Source: Octopus sinensis (lineage: Eukaryota). Taken from it: 64,000 nucleotides of DNA. Below the pieces are notes generated by a model. It saw only the letters and a list, made by a program, of their open reading frames with translations, searched no databases and had not been told where the DNA came from. The position numbers were made by a program, and so were the translations under genes. Location: contig NC_043021.1 of NCBI RefSeq assembly GCF_006345805.1, positions 14,012,001-14,076,000 of the forward strand, written 5' to 3'. This document shows positions 1 to 13,464 of the stretch, one piece after another (within the stretch, counting starts at the first letter, position 1; every line of letters starts with the position of its first letter).

Positions 1-350
1 TCTACTCCTAGCTTCCTTAGAGACCACCAGATAACAGAGTGGGGAAACTCTGTCAAAAGCTTTCTCCAGATCGACGAAAGCTAAGTACAATGGTTTACTT
101 TTGGCCAAATACTTTTCTTTTCAACTGTCTCACTAAGAAGGTGGCATCTGTGGTGCTTCTCCCAGGAACAAAACCAAACTGCATCTCATCTAATTTAATT
201 CTATTCCTAATCAATTGAGCTATAACTCTCTCTCTGTAACTTTCATGACCTGGTCCAGCAGTTTGATACCTCTGTAGTTGTTTTATAATTCTTTAATTTC
301 TAAATGAATTTTACATTTCTATTTATGGTGATCCCTTACATTTCAAGGTC
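1..350 (-). mobile_element. RTE-clade LINE reverse-transcriptase fragment, degenerate, runs off the window
   Basis: Minus-strand translation NYRGIKLLDQVMKVTERVIAQLIRNRIKLDEMQFGFVPGRSTTDATFLVRQL..KYLAKSKPLYLAFVDLEKAFDRV matches non-LTR RT motifs (QFGF, FVDLEKAFD). Confidence 0.85.
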
Positions 351-873
351 CTGTTCTTTTCAGCTGTGGGGATATTTTGTGATATTGGCCTGTTGAATAT
401 TGTTTCAAAATATTCCTCCCATCTATTCCTTTTCGATAGTCAGCACTTTTTCATGTTTGGGAGTATTTTATTTCTCATAGTCTTACCAAAATTACTTTAA
501 ATAAATTCTCTAATTTCATTAATTAATATATAAAAAAACAATACAAACAACATATAAAATAAAAATGAAAAAAAAAGAAAGCCAAACAAAAAAAAACACT
601 TAGATATTTTAAAGAGAATTTATTGAAAATATATTTGAATTTTGGATTTATACAATTATTTATTATACACTATGTTTATATGGGTATGAGTATAAAAAAA
701 TGTATTTACACACTCACACATAGACACAAGTAAACATAACCTATACATTTATTATTCACCTCTCTACTGGTTTCATTTACTCATGTGTGACCATACTGGA
801 GCACCACCTTTATAGTAATTCCTTTCATTTCCATACTTCTGTTAAAACTTCCTTTGTCTCAATTAAATATGAG

Positions 874-1053
874 AATAATGATTGCAGTGTGGAAGGTGTT
901 TATAAGCCATTTAAGAAACACACAAAATCCGTTAGATTCACTTCAACATTTAAATTTAATTTGTCAAAATATTTTCGTCGCTTTGAGACTGCAACCTGTT
1001 CACTGTGCGTTTCTTAAACGGCTTATAAACATTTTACACGCTGCAATTATTTT
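874..1053. mobile_element. MITE-like element with ~50-bp imperfect inverted repeats
   Basis: attgcagtgtggaaggtgtttataagccatttaagaaacacaca (~880-924) is the imperfect reverse complement of tgtgcgtttcttaaacggcttataaacattttacacgctgcaat (~1004-1047). Confidence 0.5.
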
Positions 1054-1504
1054 CGTTCCAGCACATGATCTCAGATCAGGTCACTTGCTATGCAAGTACA
1101 TCTCCGTAAAATGAAAATATTGAATTTAGCAAAATACCCTTGCCATTATTAATCCAGTGGTTGGAACACAAATTAACATGAAATTTTGATGGGAGGTTTT
1201 ATATAGATCACTTTAAAATAGGAGGCTTCTGTGATAGATTCAGGGGCAGTCTCAAGTGGGTTGGTATCAATGAGTTTCACCTGAGCACTTACTTCAATCT
1301 GTTACATATTTTACTGAATTACAGTCTTAGCCAGGTGCAGGTATGGGGATGTTGTTGTTAAGTTCATTGCTTGACCTCATGGCTTTGTATTCAGTCATGG
1401 TGTATGATACTCAGAACAAGTAAGTGCTTTCTACTATAGCTCCAAGTTGGCCAAAGAAGGACTTGTGAGTCAATTTAGTACACAGAAAAATGAAAGGGCA
1501 TTGC

Positions 1505-1541
<37 letters not shown>

Positions 1542-3250
1542 ATATGCACCATACACACACATACACATATATATACATTATATACACATATTTAAATGTA
1601 TATCATCATCATCTTTTAACATCCGTTATACATGTGTATATTGTATATGTGTGTGTGTGTGTGTATGCATATATATATATGCACATACACATAAGTACAC
1701 ACACATATAGATGTATATATGTATATGTATGTGTGTATGTGTGAATGCTTACTATCTGTGGAGAACCATGCTATGGATGGTGGCATCACCATTTGTTGAT
1801 GGGCTGCAACTGTTAACATTTGCTTACATTTCCTGTCAATGTATCATCTGCTATCTCTGTGCTTTTGAATTCCTCTGGAGTCAAAATTCTCTTACTTGGT
1901 CCAAAAAAAAAAAGAAAAAGGGGGTAAGGGTTGGCAACAGGAAGAGCATCCTGCTGCAAAAATCCTGCCTCAAATAGATCCCTGTCTAACCCTTGCTAGC
2001 ATGGAACATCACATGTCTAATGAATGAAGGAACAAAAGGAATTATGAGATATAAAGGAGTCACAGTAAAAACACCATCACCAAGATTAAAACTGGAATAA
2101 TTGTAAACACGAATAAACATATATTGGCATACATGTGCACATGTGTGTGTATGTTACAGGCTTCTGCACAGTTTTCATCTACCAAATTCCACTCACGAAA
2201 TATTAGTTACCTAAACACATTTGTTGATATATACATTATAAACACACACGCATGTTGAAGTATGTGTGTGTGTGTATATTACATGTAAATGTGTGTATGT
2301 GTGTGTGCGTGTGTGTGTGTATATATATATATATACATACTAGAAAATGTTTAGGAACAAGTTAAAGAAATTGATAGCTGCATAACCACATACATAGGAA
2401 TAACCCTAGTTCAGTGTATTCCAAGTATGTTAAATCTTTTTCAGAAAACTAAAAAAAAAATTTTCATCTGAAAATTACTGTGGTATGATACTCAAATTAC
2501 GAAAAGAAAAGTTATATCGGGATGTATGAGGGCAGCTTCAAGAGTTGGTATTTAAACCTTTAGACGTGCAGATAAAAGAAATATATGGCATATGCAGGAT
2601 CACAGCATTAACATTTTAATATCATTTGGTCTATACTGAACTTCAGCAACAAGTATAATATCCACTCAAATTTTTCTGGTTGTTGTGATGATGACAAATA
2701 CTTCATTCTTACAAAAGCAACAGACATTTTAAACACAAGATAAGAACTAATTTCTAAATGCCACCATGAAAATAAGTTCATTTTGTCAAATCTCAACAGA
2801 AATATCAAGCCAAACTAAACCAAGTATAAACATCTGAATAAACAGAAGTCCATAGATCACCATCTTGCATGAAAGACTAACTGGTGTGAATGTGTCAGTT
2901 TTACAGGTATGTGTATCTGTATACATGTATATACACTTATTGGCACATGTATATGTATTTGCCTGCCTCTGTGCTTACTTGTGCACCTGCATATCTGTAT
3001 GATGATATATGCAAATGTACTGCATTAGGAATGTATGTTTGCATATGCATACAACATAGTGATACATATATATGTATAGATATAATATGCAGTATGTATA
3101 TGTGTGTGTATATATGTATATTCTTTTATATGTTTCAACCCTCAGGATGTGGCCATGCTGGGGCATATATATAGCATATATGAATTGTTATATATTTTAT
3201 ATACAGTTGTATATGTAACTTTCATATATGTAGTGTCATGGATCACACTC

Positions 3251-3288
<38 letters not shown>

Positions 3289-4534
3289 CATACTTGATAT
3301 GTAAGGATGTCTATAAAAGAATGTATACATTCATTGAATCATTTCCATTAGGTTGGTTTATTTTATGTATTGTTTTACAAATAGTACAAACCAGAACTAA
3401 ACAAAACAAACCCAAAGATTGAATTCTACAACGAAGAACTGTTCCATCAGCTGGACCCATCTGAGGAATATCTAAAGGCCTTAAATCTTTTGAGTAACAG
3501 AATTCTGTAAGCTGGAATGTTAACATCACATAATTATTTACTCCCCTTAATTGTGAGCTCTTTCTCTTTCTTGTTCATATTATCACCATATATCTAAACT
3601 AATGTACATTTTGATCCTTTTGTTTCTTTGCTTATATTGAATTAACTGCAGTTTGGTAAACCTTAACAGATACTAGTAAATATTTGGTTAGCTGTTTTCT
3701 ATCAAGGAACAGAAGTTTCTGTTTAGCTCCAGACAACCAAGGTCTACCACCGAAGGGGCGAAATTACATTGAAACACTGGTGTCTGGTAGTCTGCTGATG
3801 TTGTTTGGAGCTTGGCATGTATTTTACACAAAATTTTTATAGAGAAATGCATTCTCTGAAACCAAATCCAGCAGTGAATACCATTTATGTTCTATTGTAT
3901 GTAGGAACATTAAAAATAAATGTACACATTGTTACTTTGATCTTCGCTGCTCTGAGTGCTTATACTGAATGTATATATATATATATAGTTGTCACTAAAG
4001 TGACAGAGGGTGCTATATATATAATAGAAACTGGAATTAGAAATGTCATGATTACACTCATACTCTCTCTGTCTCTCACATATGCACACAGAATTAGGAA
4101 AACATTGGTTTTTACAATTCAGATGCAAAAGTACTCTATAAAAATATATAGCAAATACAAATCTGTATCGAATATTGTGGTGGTGACTCATATAAATGTG
4201 GTTTCTTAGGTTGTCGGAAATAAAAATTAAAACCCACAATGCTGTACACAGCCCAGCAACATGCAGGTGATGCTTTGGAAATTTGCCTGAAACTACCAAA
4301 TGTTGAATAATGATAATAATAATCCTTCCTAATAAAGACACAAGGCCTGAAATTTGGCGGGAGAATGGACTAGTTGATTACTGTTTCACTGGTACTTAAT
4401 TTATCAACCCCGAAAGGGTGAAAGGCAAAGTCAACCTTGGTGAAATTTGAACTCACAATGTAGCGACAGGCGAAATACTACTAAGCATTTTGTCCAGTGT
4501 GCTAACAACTCTGCCAACTCACCACCTTGAGGTA

Positions 4535-4567
<33 letters not shown>

Positions 4568-6058
4568 CACACACACACATCTGACCTGATAGTCATAACA
4601 GAAATACCTTGATCATAGATCACCAGTCTGATCTGAAGCTAAAGAACAAAAGAAAAACAACAAAAATAAGAGGTTCATAAAACTGTAACTGGACACTGTG
4701 ATCTTAATATGATACCATGAACATTTTGCTTATATGTACACTAAGTGATGTCCTAGAAGGCATGGTGAACAAAACACTGAACATAACATGATGCTGTGTG
4801 AATTTTGTAACATGTATACCAACTGATGTCCACAGACACATGGTGTAATACTACACAGCATAACATGACACAGTTAACATTATGAAACTTATGTATAGTA
4901 TACCAATTGATGTTCATCAATGCACAGTGAACATAACACATTGTACAACCTATGTACAATAAATACACGTTCATAGTCAGAAGAATAAGGGAACAGGACA
5001 CTGAAGATGTTAACCAGTGGATCTTAACCTTAATATTATCACCCTTCTGGGGACAATGTGAACCCCCAAGGGGGCAGCAAGTGTCAATGAGAGCTAAGGA
5101 GAGGGGTGGAGTAGCACTGTGTGTTTATAGCAGCTGTGATATTTTTCTTAAAGATAAAATATCTAAAATATATTTTAAACACATTTTCAAAAGATTCTTT
5201 GTCAGGAGTAGAACATGAATTGGATATTGTTTTATCTGCAAACAGAAACATGACTGACAATGCACCAAGGGTCCAATGTAATATCATTATAGAAGTCCTC
5301 ACATATTTCAGTAATTTCCATGGAAATTTAATATCGAGGGCATTAATGAAAATATTTCAAAGGAATGATGGAATAGCATAAAAATATACAAATAAAAAAA
5401 AAAATACTACACAAAACCAGCTTCAAATGGATTAAAATAATCTGCATTTTTTTTGTTTTTTTTTTTGTTTTTTGGCAAACTTGGAGAAGAGCCTTTTGCA
5501 AAATGTTGTAAAGTGTAAAAAAACGGTGTCACAGGAGTTAACCATTTTGTTAAATTGTGCCTTGGAATTTAAACTCGTAGTAGTTAGCACTGCTGGACAG
5601 TTAGTAAGGCATCTTGGTTTTAGAGTTTTTGAAAGAATTAGAGAAGAGCGAAAGGGTAAAGAATGGCTGAGTGTGTGTGTGTGTGAAAGAGAGAGAAGGG
5701 ACATATGCACACACATGTACAGGGGAACCTCAGTTTACGAACACCTCTCATCACAGACATATTGGCTAATGAACAATTTTTTAAAACATTAAATATCTTG
5801 GGGTAACAAATGGTATCTTGAGTAACAAACACACAAGCTGGCAACAATGGTGGGCAACAAGCAGGGAAGCATCAGTGGAAGAGCGTCAGTTGCTGCCTTG
5901 CTTTTCCTCAGTACATATCCCTGCATAAATTCACCATGGCTCCTCTTGAATTTCCCATGGGAGAAATAGTCCCAGCTTACAAACATTCCAGGTGACAAAT
6001 GGCCCTCAGGAACAAATCCAATTCGTAAATCGAGTTTCCACTATGTGTGTGTGTATAC

Positions 6059-6115
<57 letters not shown>

Positions 6116-6378
6116 TGTTGACATCATAGGAATTTATAAGCTTTCAAAATCATGAAATAATTCTTTCTTGGAATTGAACCTTAAGCTATAAATAACAGTA
6201 TGTACCTTTTGGATATAAAAAGTTGAAGGTGCAACACTGATTTTCTAGAACTTCATGCCTTCCATACTAATTTATAAGTAGGAACTTCAAATTCCTACAC
6301 CCACCAGACTGGTTAACTAGTCAACCCTGTGTCTCAGTGCCTTGCACAGTAGTCTTGATAAACTTTTATCATTTATAC

Positions 6379-6703
6379 CAGTGGTTTTCAACTGGGGCCC
6401 ATATAATATTTTGGGAGTCTATGCAACAAAATAGTAAATTGAGGATCCACAATAATAATTTAAGGGCTCTTGAAAAAATTAGCTTTAGATGTGTGTATTG
6501 GTATGTATTGCTTGAAACAGGTTTCTTTCTCTAACATTTTGCACAGTTCAACCTAAACAACTTAATGTGCAAAAAACACGATAGGAATTTTGAAAGTGGT
6601 TTCTCTAAAACTAGTTTTTAAACATTGAATGTCTAGGGGTGTCCACCAGATTAAAATAGTAATCACAGGGGTCCATAGATAAAAAAATGGTTGAGAACCC
6701 TTG
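6379..6703. mobile_element. hAT-like MITE
   Basis: Termini cagtggttttcaac ... gttgagaacccttg resemble CAGTGGTTCTCAAC-type TIRs; no coding capacity. Confidence 0.55.
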
Positions 6704-6864
6704 ATATATACAAATAGGTACCTGTATTTTATTTAATTATCTAAGGAAACTTAATATTTGTTTAATTTAGAGTGTGTTGACGAAGGTGACCACCACTGGT
6801 AAGAGAAAATAATCAGTAACGTGGGAAAACTTTAGGATCAGACTCCAGAGAATCAATTTTATAC

Positions 6865-6928
<64 letters not shown>

Positions 6929-7153
6929 GTGGGAAGAAAGTGGGGTGAGTGATAGAATTATACAGGAAAGAGATGAATGAGGTGAGTCAGAAAGAAAGAT
7001 AAAAGTAATGAAGAGGGGGGGATGTATGAAGAACAAGAGAGAGGAGGAGCAGATGAGAAAAAGAATATGTTGAATCAGGAGGGGAAGAATGTGGAGGAGG
7101 AGGTACGAGAAGATGATCATACATGGAGGCACCAAAAGAGATGGCTATTGCAG

Positions 7154-7297
7154 TTACCATCCATCTACGGAGCCACATTTGCGTCGGTCAGCTGCTGCAT
7201 ATATCTTGTCTTTGACCAGTATGCCTTGCACACGGCTTTTGGCCATATCTAACACAGTTACGTTGTGCCCCATCTCTTTCAGTTTCTTTGTGATGTC
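7154..7297 (-). CDS. GGT1: Gamma-glutamyltranspeptidase, coding exon 11 (last)
   Basis: Acceptor ttccag|; translates DITKKLKEMGHNVTVLDMAKSRVQGILVKDKIYAAADRRKCGSVDGW*, the typical GGT C-terminus; TAA at 7156-7154. Confidence 0.93.
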   Translation of the reverse strand, partial: DITKKLKEMGHNVTVLDMAKSRVQGILVKDKIYAAADRRKCGSVDGW

Positions 7298-7894
7298 CTG
7301 GAAGTAGAAATAGTGTTACGGTTACAATCATCACCATCATTGCTACTACCACCATCACCACTGCCACATCTATCATTCCAACCACCACCACAGCCACCAT
7401 TACCATCACTACCTAGCATACCATTGGTTATGACGATGAGTGTTCCAGTTGATCTGATCAGAGGAACAGCCTGTTCACGAAATTAATGTGGCCGAGCACT
7501 CCACAGACACATATACCCTTAACGTAGATCTCAGGGAGATTCAATGTGACACAGAATGTGACAGGGCTAGCTCTCTGAAATACAGCTGCTACTAATTTTT
7601 GCCAGCTGAGTGGACTGGAGGAACTTGAAATAAAGTGTCTTGCTCAAGGACACAATGTGCCACCAGGAATCAAACTCATGACCTTATGACCATGGGCCAA
7701 ATACCCTAACCATTAAGCCACATGCCTTCACTACTATCACAAGCAACAAGATACCATCATCATCATCACTACCACTATCACATCACTGTTATCATCATCA
7801 CCACCACCATTATTGTCAACATCATCATCAGCACCATCATCATTGTCACCATCACTACAACCACCATAATTTTTTTAACATCCTCCTCTTCCCC

Positions 7895-8070
7895 ATCATC
7901 ATCATTTAACATTTACTTTTTCCATGCTGGCATGGGTTGGATGGTTGAACAGGAGCTGGTAAGCTGGAGGGGCTGCACCAGGCTCCAGCCATCTGTTTTG
8001 GCATGGTTTCCACAGCTGGATGCCCTTCCTAACACAAAGCACTTTACAGAGTGTTCTGGATGCTTTTTTA
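7895..8070 (-). mobile_element. SINE family B (RTE-like tail ending in (GAT)n)
   Basis: Contains tttccatgctggcatgggttggatgg...ctggatgcccttcctaac; homologous to copies at 10245, 18130, 21040, 34860, 51153 and 56385. Confidence 0.75.
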
Positions 8071-8269
8071 TGTGGCACCAGCACTTTTTTCCTAGCAAGG
8101 CATTGGACTGGAATCCACAAAATGATGAAATAGATTTACCTCACCCCCTGCTTCTCCCCTTGACATCCTACCCAGATCATGGTGCAGCAATACTTAGGAT
8201 CAAGTATTTGTCATCTCCCTCTGTTAAAAAGCTACAAGAACAAGCAACAAGGCAGCAGAAGATACTCAC

Positions 8270-8383
8270 CTGGGGGAAATTCTTCTCCATTTCTATGTAT
8301 TGTGGGATCAACTGATGATGTAGTCGTGGGAAACTAATACTCTCTGCTATTGATTTATTGAACCACATTGATTCAGCAAAGAC
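8270..8383 (-). CDS. GGT1: GGT coding exon 10
   Basis: tttcag|VFAESMWFNKSIAESISFPRLHHQLIPQYIEMEKNFPQ|gtgagt; contains the PRxHHQL motif; phase 0/0, 114 nt. Confidence 0.95.
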
Positions 8384-8455
8384 CTGAAACAAGCATGAGA
8401 TAGGGTTAGATAAAAGGTGTGGAGGAAATAAATATCATATGTACATACTTGCACA

Positions 8456-8494
<39 letters not shown>

Positions 8495-8498
<4 letters not shown>

Positions 8499-9648
8499 AT
8501 AAAAATGGTACAACAGGAAAAGAAAGAAAGAGACCTCGATATTATGTAAATAGAGGAATTTATAAGCAAATGTAATATGTGACAATTATTCGGTAGCCAT
8601 AATAAAACTCTGAGTTTTATCATGGCTACCGAATAATTGTCACATATTACATTTACAGATATATGTATATATATGAGAGACCAAAGTGTATGTACACTGC
8701 TATATTTTTATGTATAAAAAAATACAAAAATGGGACAAGAACGCAAAACATCCAGACAGATGATACAAAGAAAACAAGGATGGGTCATTCAGAGTTTTCT
8801 TTCCTCAGTCGAGTTCCAGATTATCTTTGCAATTTCAGCTGGTTATACTCGAGATTGTTCCAATCTTAGCTTAGGAAAAACTAAGCTAAGAGCACTAGAT
8901 TCCTTGCCTTTTCTTTGTAGTTTGATCGTAGGTGATCTACTTTTAGCATATGGCTGACCACATAGTGGTTTTTAGCCCTTTAAATATACACATGTATTAG
9001 AATTTTCTCTGATTTTTCAGATTTTTGTATGCTAGGCTACTGGTTTTAAATTGATATAAATTAAATTAATATTCAATTTATCTCGCTCATTATTTAAATG
9101 TTAAAATAGATATGTTCTCTAATAGGCAGCATTAACTGCAGTAAATTATTTACTGCAGATTTTGTTTCCGGAATTTAGCGCACCAGAACTCAGACATTTG
9201 AAATTAACCCCAATGTAATCGGTGGAACTAAGCACATGTCTGTTTTTATACAGAAAACTGGTGGTTAGTTTTACAAATTATATTGCTTGTGGAACGATCG
9301 TACTGACGAGCCCTATGGACAAAGGGATTATGTAAGTGATTTATTCATTAATAGGTGAAACTGCCGGTCTGTGATTAATTCTTGTTTTTATGTAATTTTC
9401 ATCTGTCTTGCCTGCATATTGTTCTGGTGTCTGCTGAATTTTTCTCTAGAGAACATTCTTTTCTTTGTAGTTTGATTGTAGGTGATCTACTTCTAGCATA
9501 TGGCTGACCACATAGTGGTTTTTAGCTCTTTAAATATACACATGTATTGGAATTTTCTCTGATTTTTCAGATTTTTGTATGCTAGGCTACTGGTTTTAAA
9601 TTGATATTAATTAAATTAATATTCAATTTATCTCCCTCATTATTTAAA
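8495..9648 (+). mobile_element. (TA)n-flanked element with ~550-bp repeat period carrying a hammerhead (Penelope pLTR/retrozyme-like)
   Basis: Direct repeat 8909-9098 and 9459-9648, palindrome 8568-8654, HHR at 9296-9376; TA tracts on both sides. Confidence 0.65.
9296..9376 (+). ncRNA. Type-I hammerhead ribozyme motif (long stem-II loop)
   Basis: GATCGTA-CTGACGA-GCCCTAT..ATAGGT-GAAAC-TGCCG-GTC^TGTGATT; stem I pairs with G.U wobbles; predicted cut after C9369. Confidence 0.7.
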
Positions 9649-9918
9649 TATATATATATAACGCACATATATACACACTTATGTGTGTGTGTGTTAGTGT
9701 TTGTTGTCTGCAATTGCTTGACAATGTGTTGGTTTGTTTACATCCCCTTAGCAATTTGGCCAAAGAAGCCAATATAATAAGTATCAGGTTGAAAATAAGT
9801 ACTGGGGTTGATATATTTGACTAACCCTAACCCTTCAAGATGGTGCCACAGCATGACCTCAGTCATGCTGTGACTGGAACAAGTAGAAGATAAATAACAA
9901 AAAGATCCAGTGACTTAC

Positions 9919-10159
9919 GTATGCGGTGCCTGTTGTTATACGACTTCCACCAGAAGCACCAAGGACGCTTACGACATCCCCCTTTTGATCAACAATGATC
10001 GATGGTGACATTGAGGACATAGGCATCTTGCCTGGGACAATGTAGTTGGTTTTTGATGAAGGAATTCCAAACTCATTTGTTTTATTTGGAGTGGAGAAGT
10101 CATCCATCTCATCATTGAAGACAATTCCAGTACGTTTGCCCAACACTTTGGAACCGAAA
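9919..10159 (-). CDS. GGT1: GGT coding exon 9
   Basis: ttctag|(Y)FGSKVLGKRTGIVFNDEMDDFSTPNKTNEFGIPSSKTNYIVPGKMPMSSMSPSIIVDQKGDVVSVLGASGGSRITTGTAY|gtaagt; contains the EMDDFS, SS and oxyanion-hole GG motifs; phase 2/0. Confidence 0.97.
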
Positions 10160-10244
10160 CTAGAAAGAAGAAAGGGAAGATAGGAAAGTGAAAGAAATGA
10201 GATGAGAAGATGATGAAAGATAATGAATGATAAAGGATGATGGG

Positions 10245-10620
10245 CACGTAAAAAACACCATTCGAGCGTGATTGTTACCTGTGTCGCCTTACTGGCACTT
10301 GTACTGGTGGCATGTGAAAAAACATTCAAGCAAGGTTGTTGCCAGTGCTGCTGGACTGGCTCCTGTGCACGTGGCACATAAAAAGCACCACTTGAGTGTG
10401 GCTGTTGCCAGTACTGCCTGACTGGCCCTTGTGCTGGTGGCACATAATAGCACCCACTACACTCTCGGAGTGGTTGGCGTTAGAAAGGGCATCCAGCTGT
10501 AGAAACTCTGCCAGATCAGATTGGAGTCTGGTACAGCCATCTGGTTCACCAGACCTCAGTCAAATCGTCCAACCCATGCTAGCATGGAAAGCAGACGTTA
10601 AACGATGATGATGATGATGT
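10245..10620 (+). mobile_element. SINE family B
   Basis: Ends gcagacgttaaacgatgatgatgatg; same core as the other family-B copies. Confidence 0.8.
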
Positions 10621-10835
10621 ACCATTCCTCCACAATGCATTTCAGATACGACTACTATCAACATACTCTAGATAAGCTTAGGGCAAAATGTCAATTATGT
10701 AACAAGAAACCAAGTTATATCACTTGCAGAGATGCCTTTGCACTGTGGAGTACATTGGAATTCATTGTATAGTTACCCACCAATGAGAGAGCAGTGCAGG
10801 ATGTGAATGACCGATGAGATAAATAAAGTTTTCAG

Positions 10836-10864
10836 TATATTCTATTTTCTGTATCAATTGTTTC

Positions 10865-10904
<40 letters not shown>

Positions 10905-10933
10905 GAAACAATTGATACAGAAAATAGAATATA
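10836..10933. repeat. ~98-bp perfect palindrome centred on (AT)n
   Basis: Arms 10836-10868 and 10901-10933 are exact reverse complements. Confidence 0.9.
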
Positions 10934-10935
10934 TA

Positions 10936-11351
10936 TAAGTTCAGCAAAAATTTAGATTCAAATGAATATGGTACTTAATTTAGATGCACCAGAATTCTGT
11001 ATGGTGTTATCCATATAAATCCGTGCGGTGATTATAATCAAAATAAGCAACAAGAATGACTCCGGTAATTTGGTACGATTGGTTCGAACTACATCATTTT
11101 ATTAAATGTTGTAAGTATTACAACAGTTTTAAAATGCTGAGCACTCATCAGCTAATTATAGAGGTTTTCCAATTAATACAAAAATTTTCATATCAAGTGG
11201 CAAAATTTTCGTATTAATGGAAAACCTCTATAATTGGCTGATGAGTGCTCAGCATTTTAAAACTGTTGTAATACTTACAACATTTAATAAAATGATGTAG
11301 TACGAAACGATTGTACCAAATTACCGGAGTCATTCTTGTTGCTTATTTTGA
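10936..11351. mobile_element. Fold-back HHR-bearing element; arms 11038-11188 and 11202-11351
   Basis: ~150-bp inverted arms with a 13-nt spacer; same family as the non-folded copy at 58366-58632. Confidence 0.85.
11231..11323 (+). ncRNA. Type-I hammerhead ribozyme, canonical core
   Basis: TAATTGG-CTGATGA-GTGCT..(long loop)..AGTAC-GAAAC-GATT-GTA^CCAAATTA; stems I, II and III all pair; predicted cut after A11315. Confidence 0.85.
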
Positions 11352-12593
11352 GTATATATATATATATATATATAACAGTTCAGTATATATTGTTGCTCAG
11401 TACAGTAATACTTACTATACACTACTGCTGTGTGTGTGTGTATACACACACATGCACCATTCCTTCTCTGCCCTCTACCACAATTTCCCCTCCTATTACT
11501 GACATGTGACCCATGATCATCCTTTCTTCTTTTACTCTTTTTCCTGTTCTTTCTCACGCTGACTGCTGAAGCAACTGGTCGTATTTTCTCTTGTCTTCCA
11601 CTTCAAGCTATTTCACTGTCTGTTGCCCTTCTGTTTCTAGTCCTTTAGGATTTTCCTCTTAGTGTTATCCATACTTTCATTTCTGTCTGGCCCTCAGGCC
11701 TTATTCTGTTTATTTATTTTGTCTTTGTCCCTCGTACGTCCATTAATGGTCTCATCTTGAATCACATTTATCCATTTCTTGTTTGTTCTCGTTCTGTTAT
11801 GTTTGGTCCCTCCCAGCAGCCTCTTGTTGCTAGCACCACCAGAAGGGAATTAATATTATCATAAGGTGCAAAATTGCGTTTGACCCTCTGGCTGATAAAT
11901 GATGAAGTGTTAGTTGGTGACTTCCTGTGTGTGTTTTCCATTTGTTTGTGCATCTGTTATGGTTTTTAACTTATTAATTAACGGAACACTATGTACTCTT
12001 GATTTTATTTACAGCAAGTGTTATATAAATATATATCACATAGATGTGTTACAAAACTATTCTGCACGTACAATAACAGCTATACTAACAATCCAACATA
12101 GCTCCATCATCAGCTCCCTCGCATACACACATACCCACACACACCCACACCCACATGGCTTCTTTCAGTTTCCGTCAATGAAATTCACTCACAAAGCTTT
12201 GGTTAGCTTGGAGCTATTGTGGAAGAGCGAAGGTGTCAAGCAGTGCAGCTAAACCCAAAAGGGAAGCAAATTTCTTAACCTCACAAAAATAAATACATAC
12301 ACACACACAATTAGTCACATTATTAACATTCCCCTGTGTCAATGCTGGTCCTTTGAAGTACTGTTAGAGTCCATTTGACAAGCTTCTATACCATTTATTT
12401 TGTACGCAATGCCTGAAAGTGTTTTTGTTTATAATTCAGTAATTAAGTTTGGATTGATCAAAGCTATCACCAACCACACACACACACACACACACACACA
12501 CTACAGGATTACAGTAGTCATATATACACACAGACACAAGCATTTAGACATGTACTCAGAATGCCAATGTAATAATTACTAATAATTACTTAC

Positions 12594-12781
12594 TATGAGT
12601 TGACTGTGCTTGTTATGGAGACAGCATCACCACTGGGCCCCAGAAGACAGAGATGCGAAGTTCCAATATAGTCACGGATTGTGAATGCCGGACCGTAATA
12701 GGAATAGTTAAATGTCCTTGAGTCATTGATGCGACTCCGAATTTCATCGCCATAACTTCGATCTGTTATGTTCCGTACAAG
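12594..12781 (-). CDS. GGT1: GGT coding exon 8 (autocleavage site and catalytic Thr)
   Basis: taacag|LVRNITDRSYGDEIRSRINDSRTFNYSYYGPAFTIRDYIG-TSHLCLLGPSGDAVSITSTVNS(Y)|gtaagt; Thr codon ACT at 12661-12659; not in the ORF track; phase 0/2. Confidence 0.97.
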
Positions 12782-13172
12782 CTGTTAGTGGAAGAGAAAG
12801 AAAGACCTGTACATACGCAGTTGTGTGCACATGACCATGTCCAGGTACATGCATACATATATATACCTATGTATGAAGGTGATAAAATGAGTATGGTGAA
12901 CTTGTTGCGAGGAGAGAAAAATTCATTGTTTTGAACACTGTCCTTCGGGGAGGGGTTGAAAGGAAAGAAATTAAAGGGAGACAGCAGAATTTTACATTCC
13001 CTAAGAATACTGGCTGCAACCGATCAAGAATGCAGGACCACTTGAGCTGCATACGTGAACAAGCTTTCCTTAGATTTTACTACATACTGTAATGTCTTGC
13101 AGACACAGACCAATACCTGCCTCTTTGGAGGTCAGTTTGATCATATATATATATACATGTGTGTGTGTGTGT

Positions 13173-13215
<43 letters not shown>

Positions 13216-13464
13216 TGTTTTACTTATTTCAGTCATTTGACTGTGATCATGCTGGAGCACTGCCTTAAAGGGTTTTTTAGTTGAAGAAAGTACCCCTAGG
13301 ACTTATTCTTTGTAAACCTAGTATTTGTCCTATCAACGTCTTTTGCCAAACTGCTAACCTACGGGTCTGTAAATACACAAATATATCAAGTGATGTCAAG
13401 TGATGGTGGGGGACAAACGTTGACACAAAGACAAATACATGTACATACATACATATATATACAT

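Noticed and set aside
8110-8220. Acceptor at 8221 as the last GGT exon
   Set aside because: The in-phase frame stops after six codons; the true last exon is 7297-7154.
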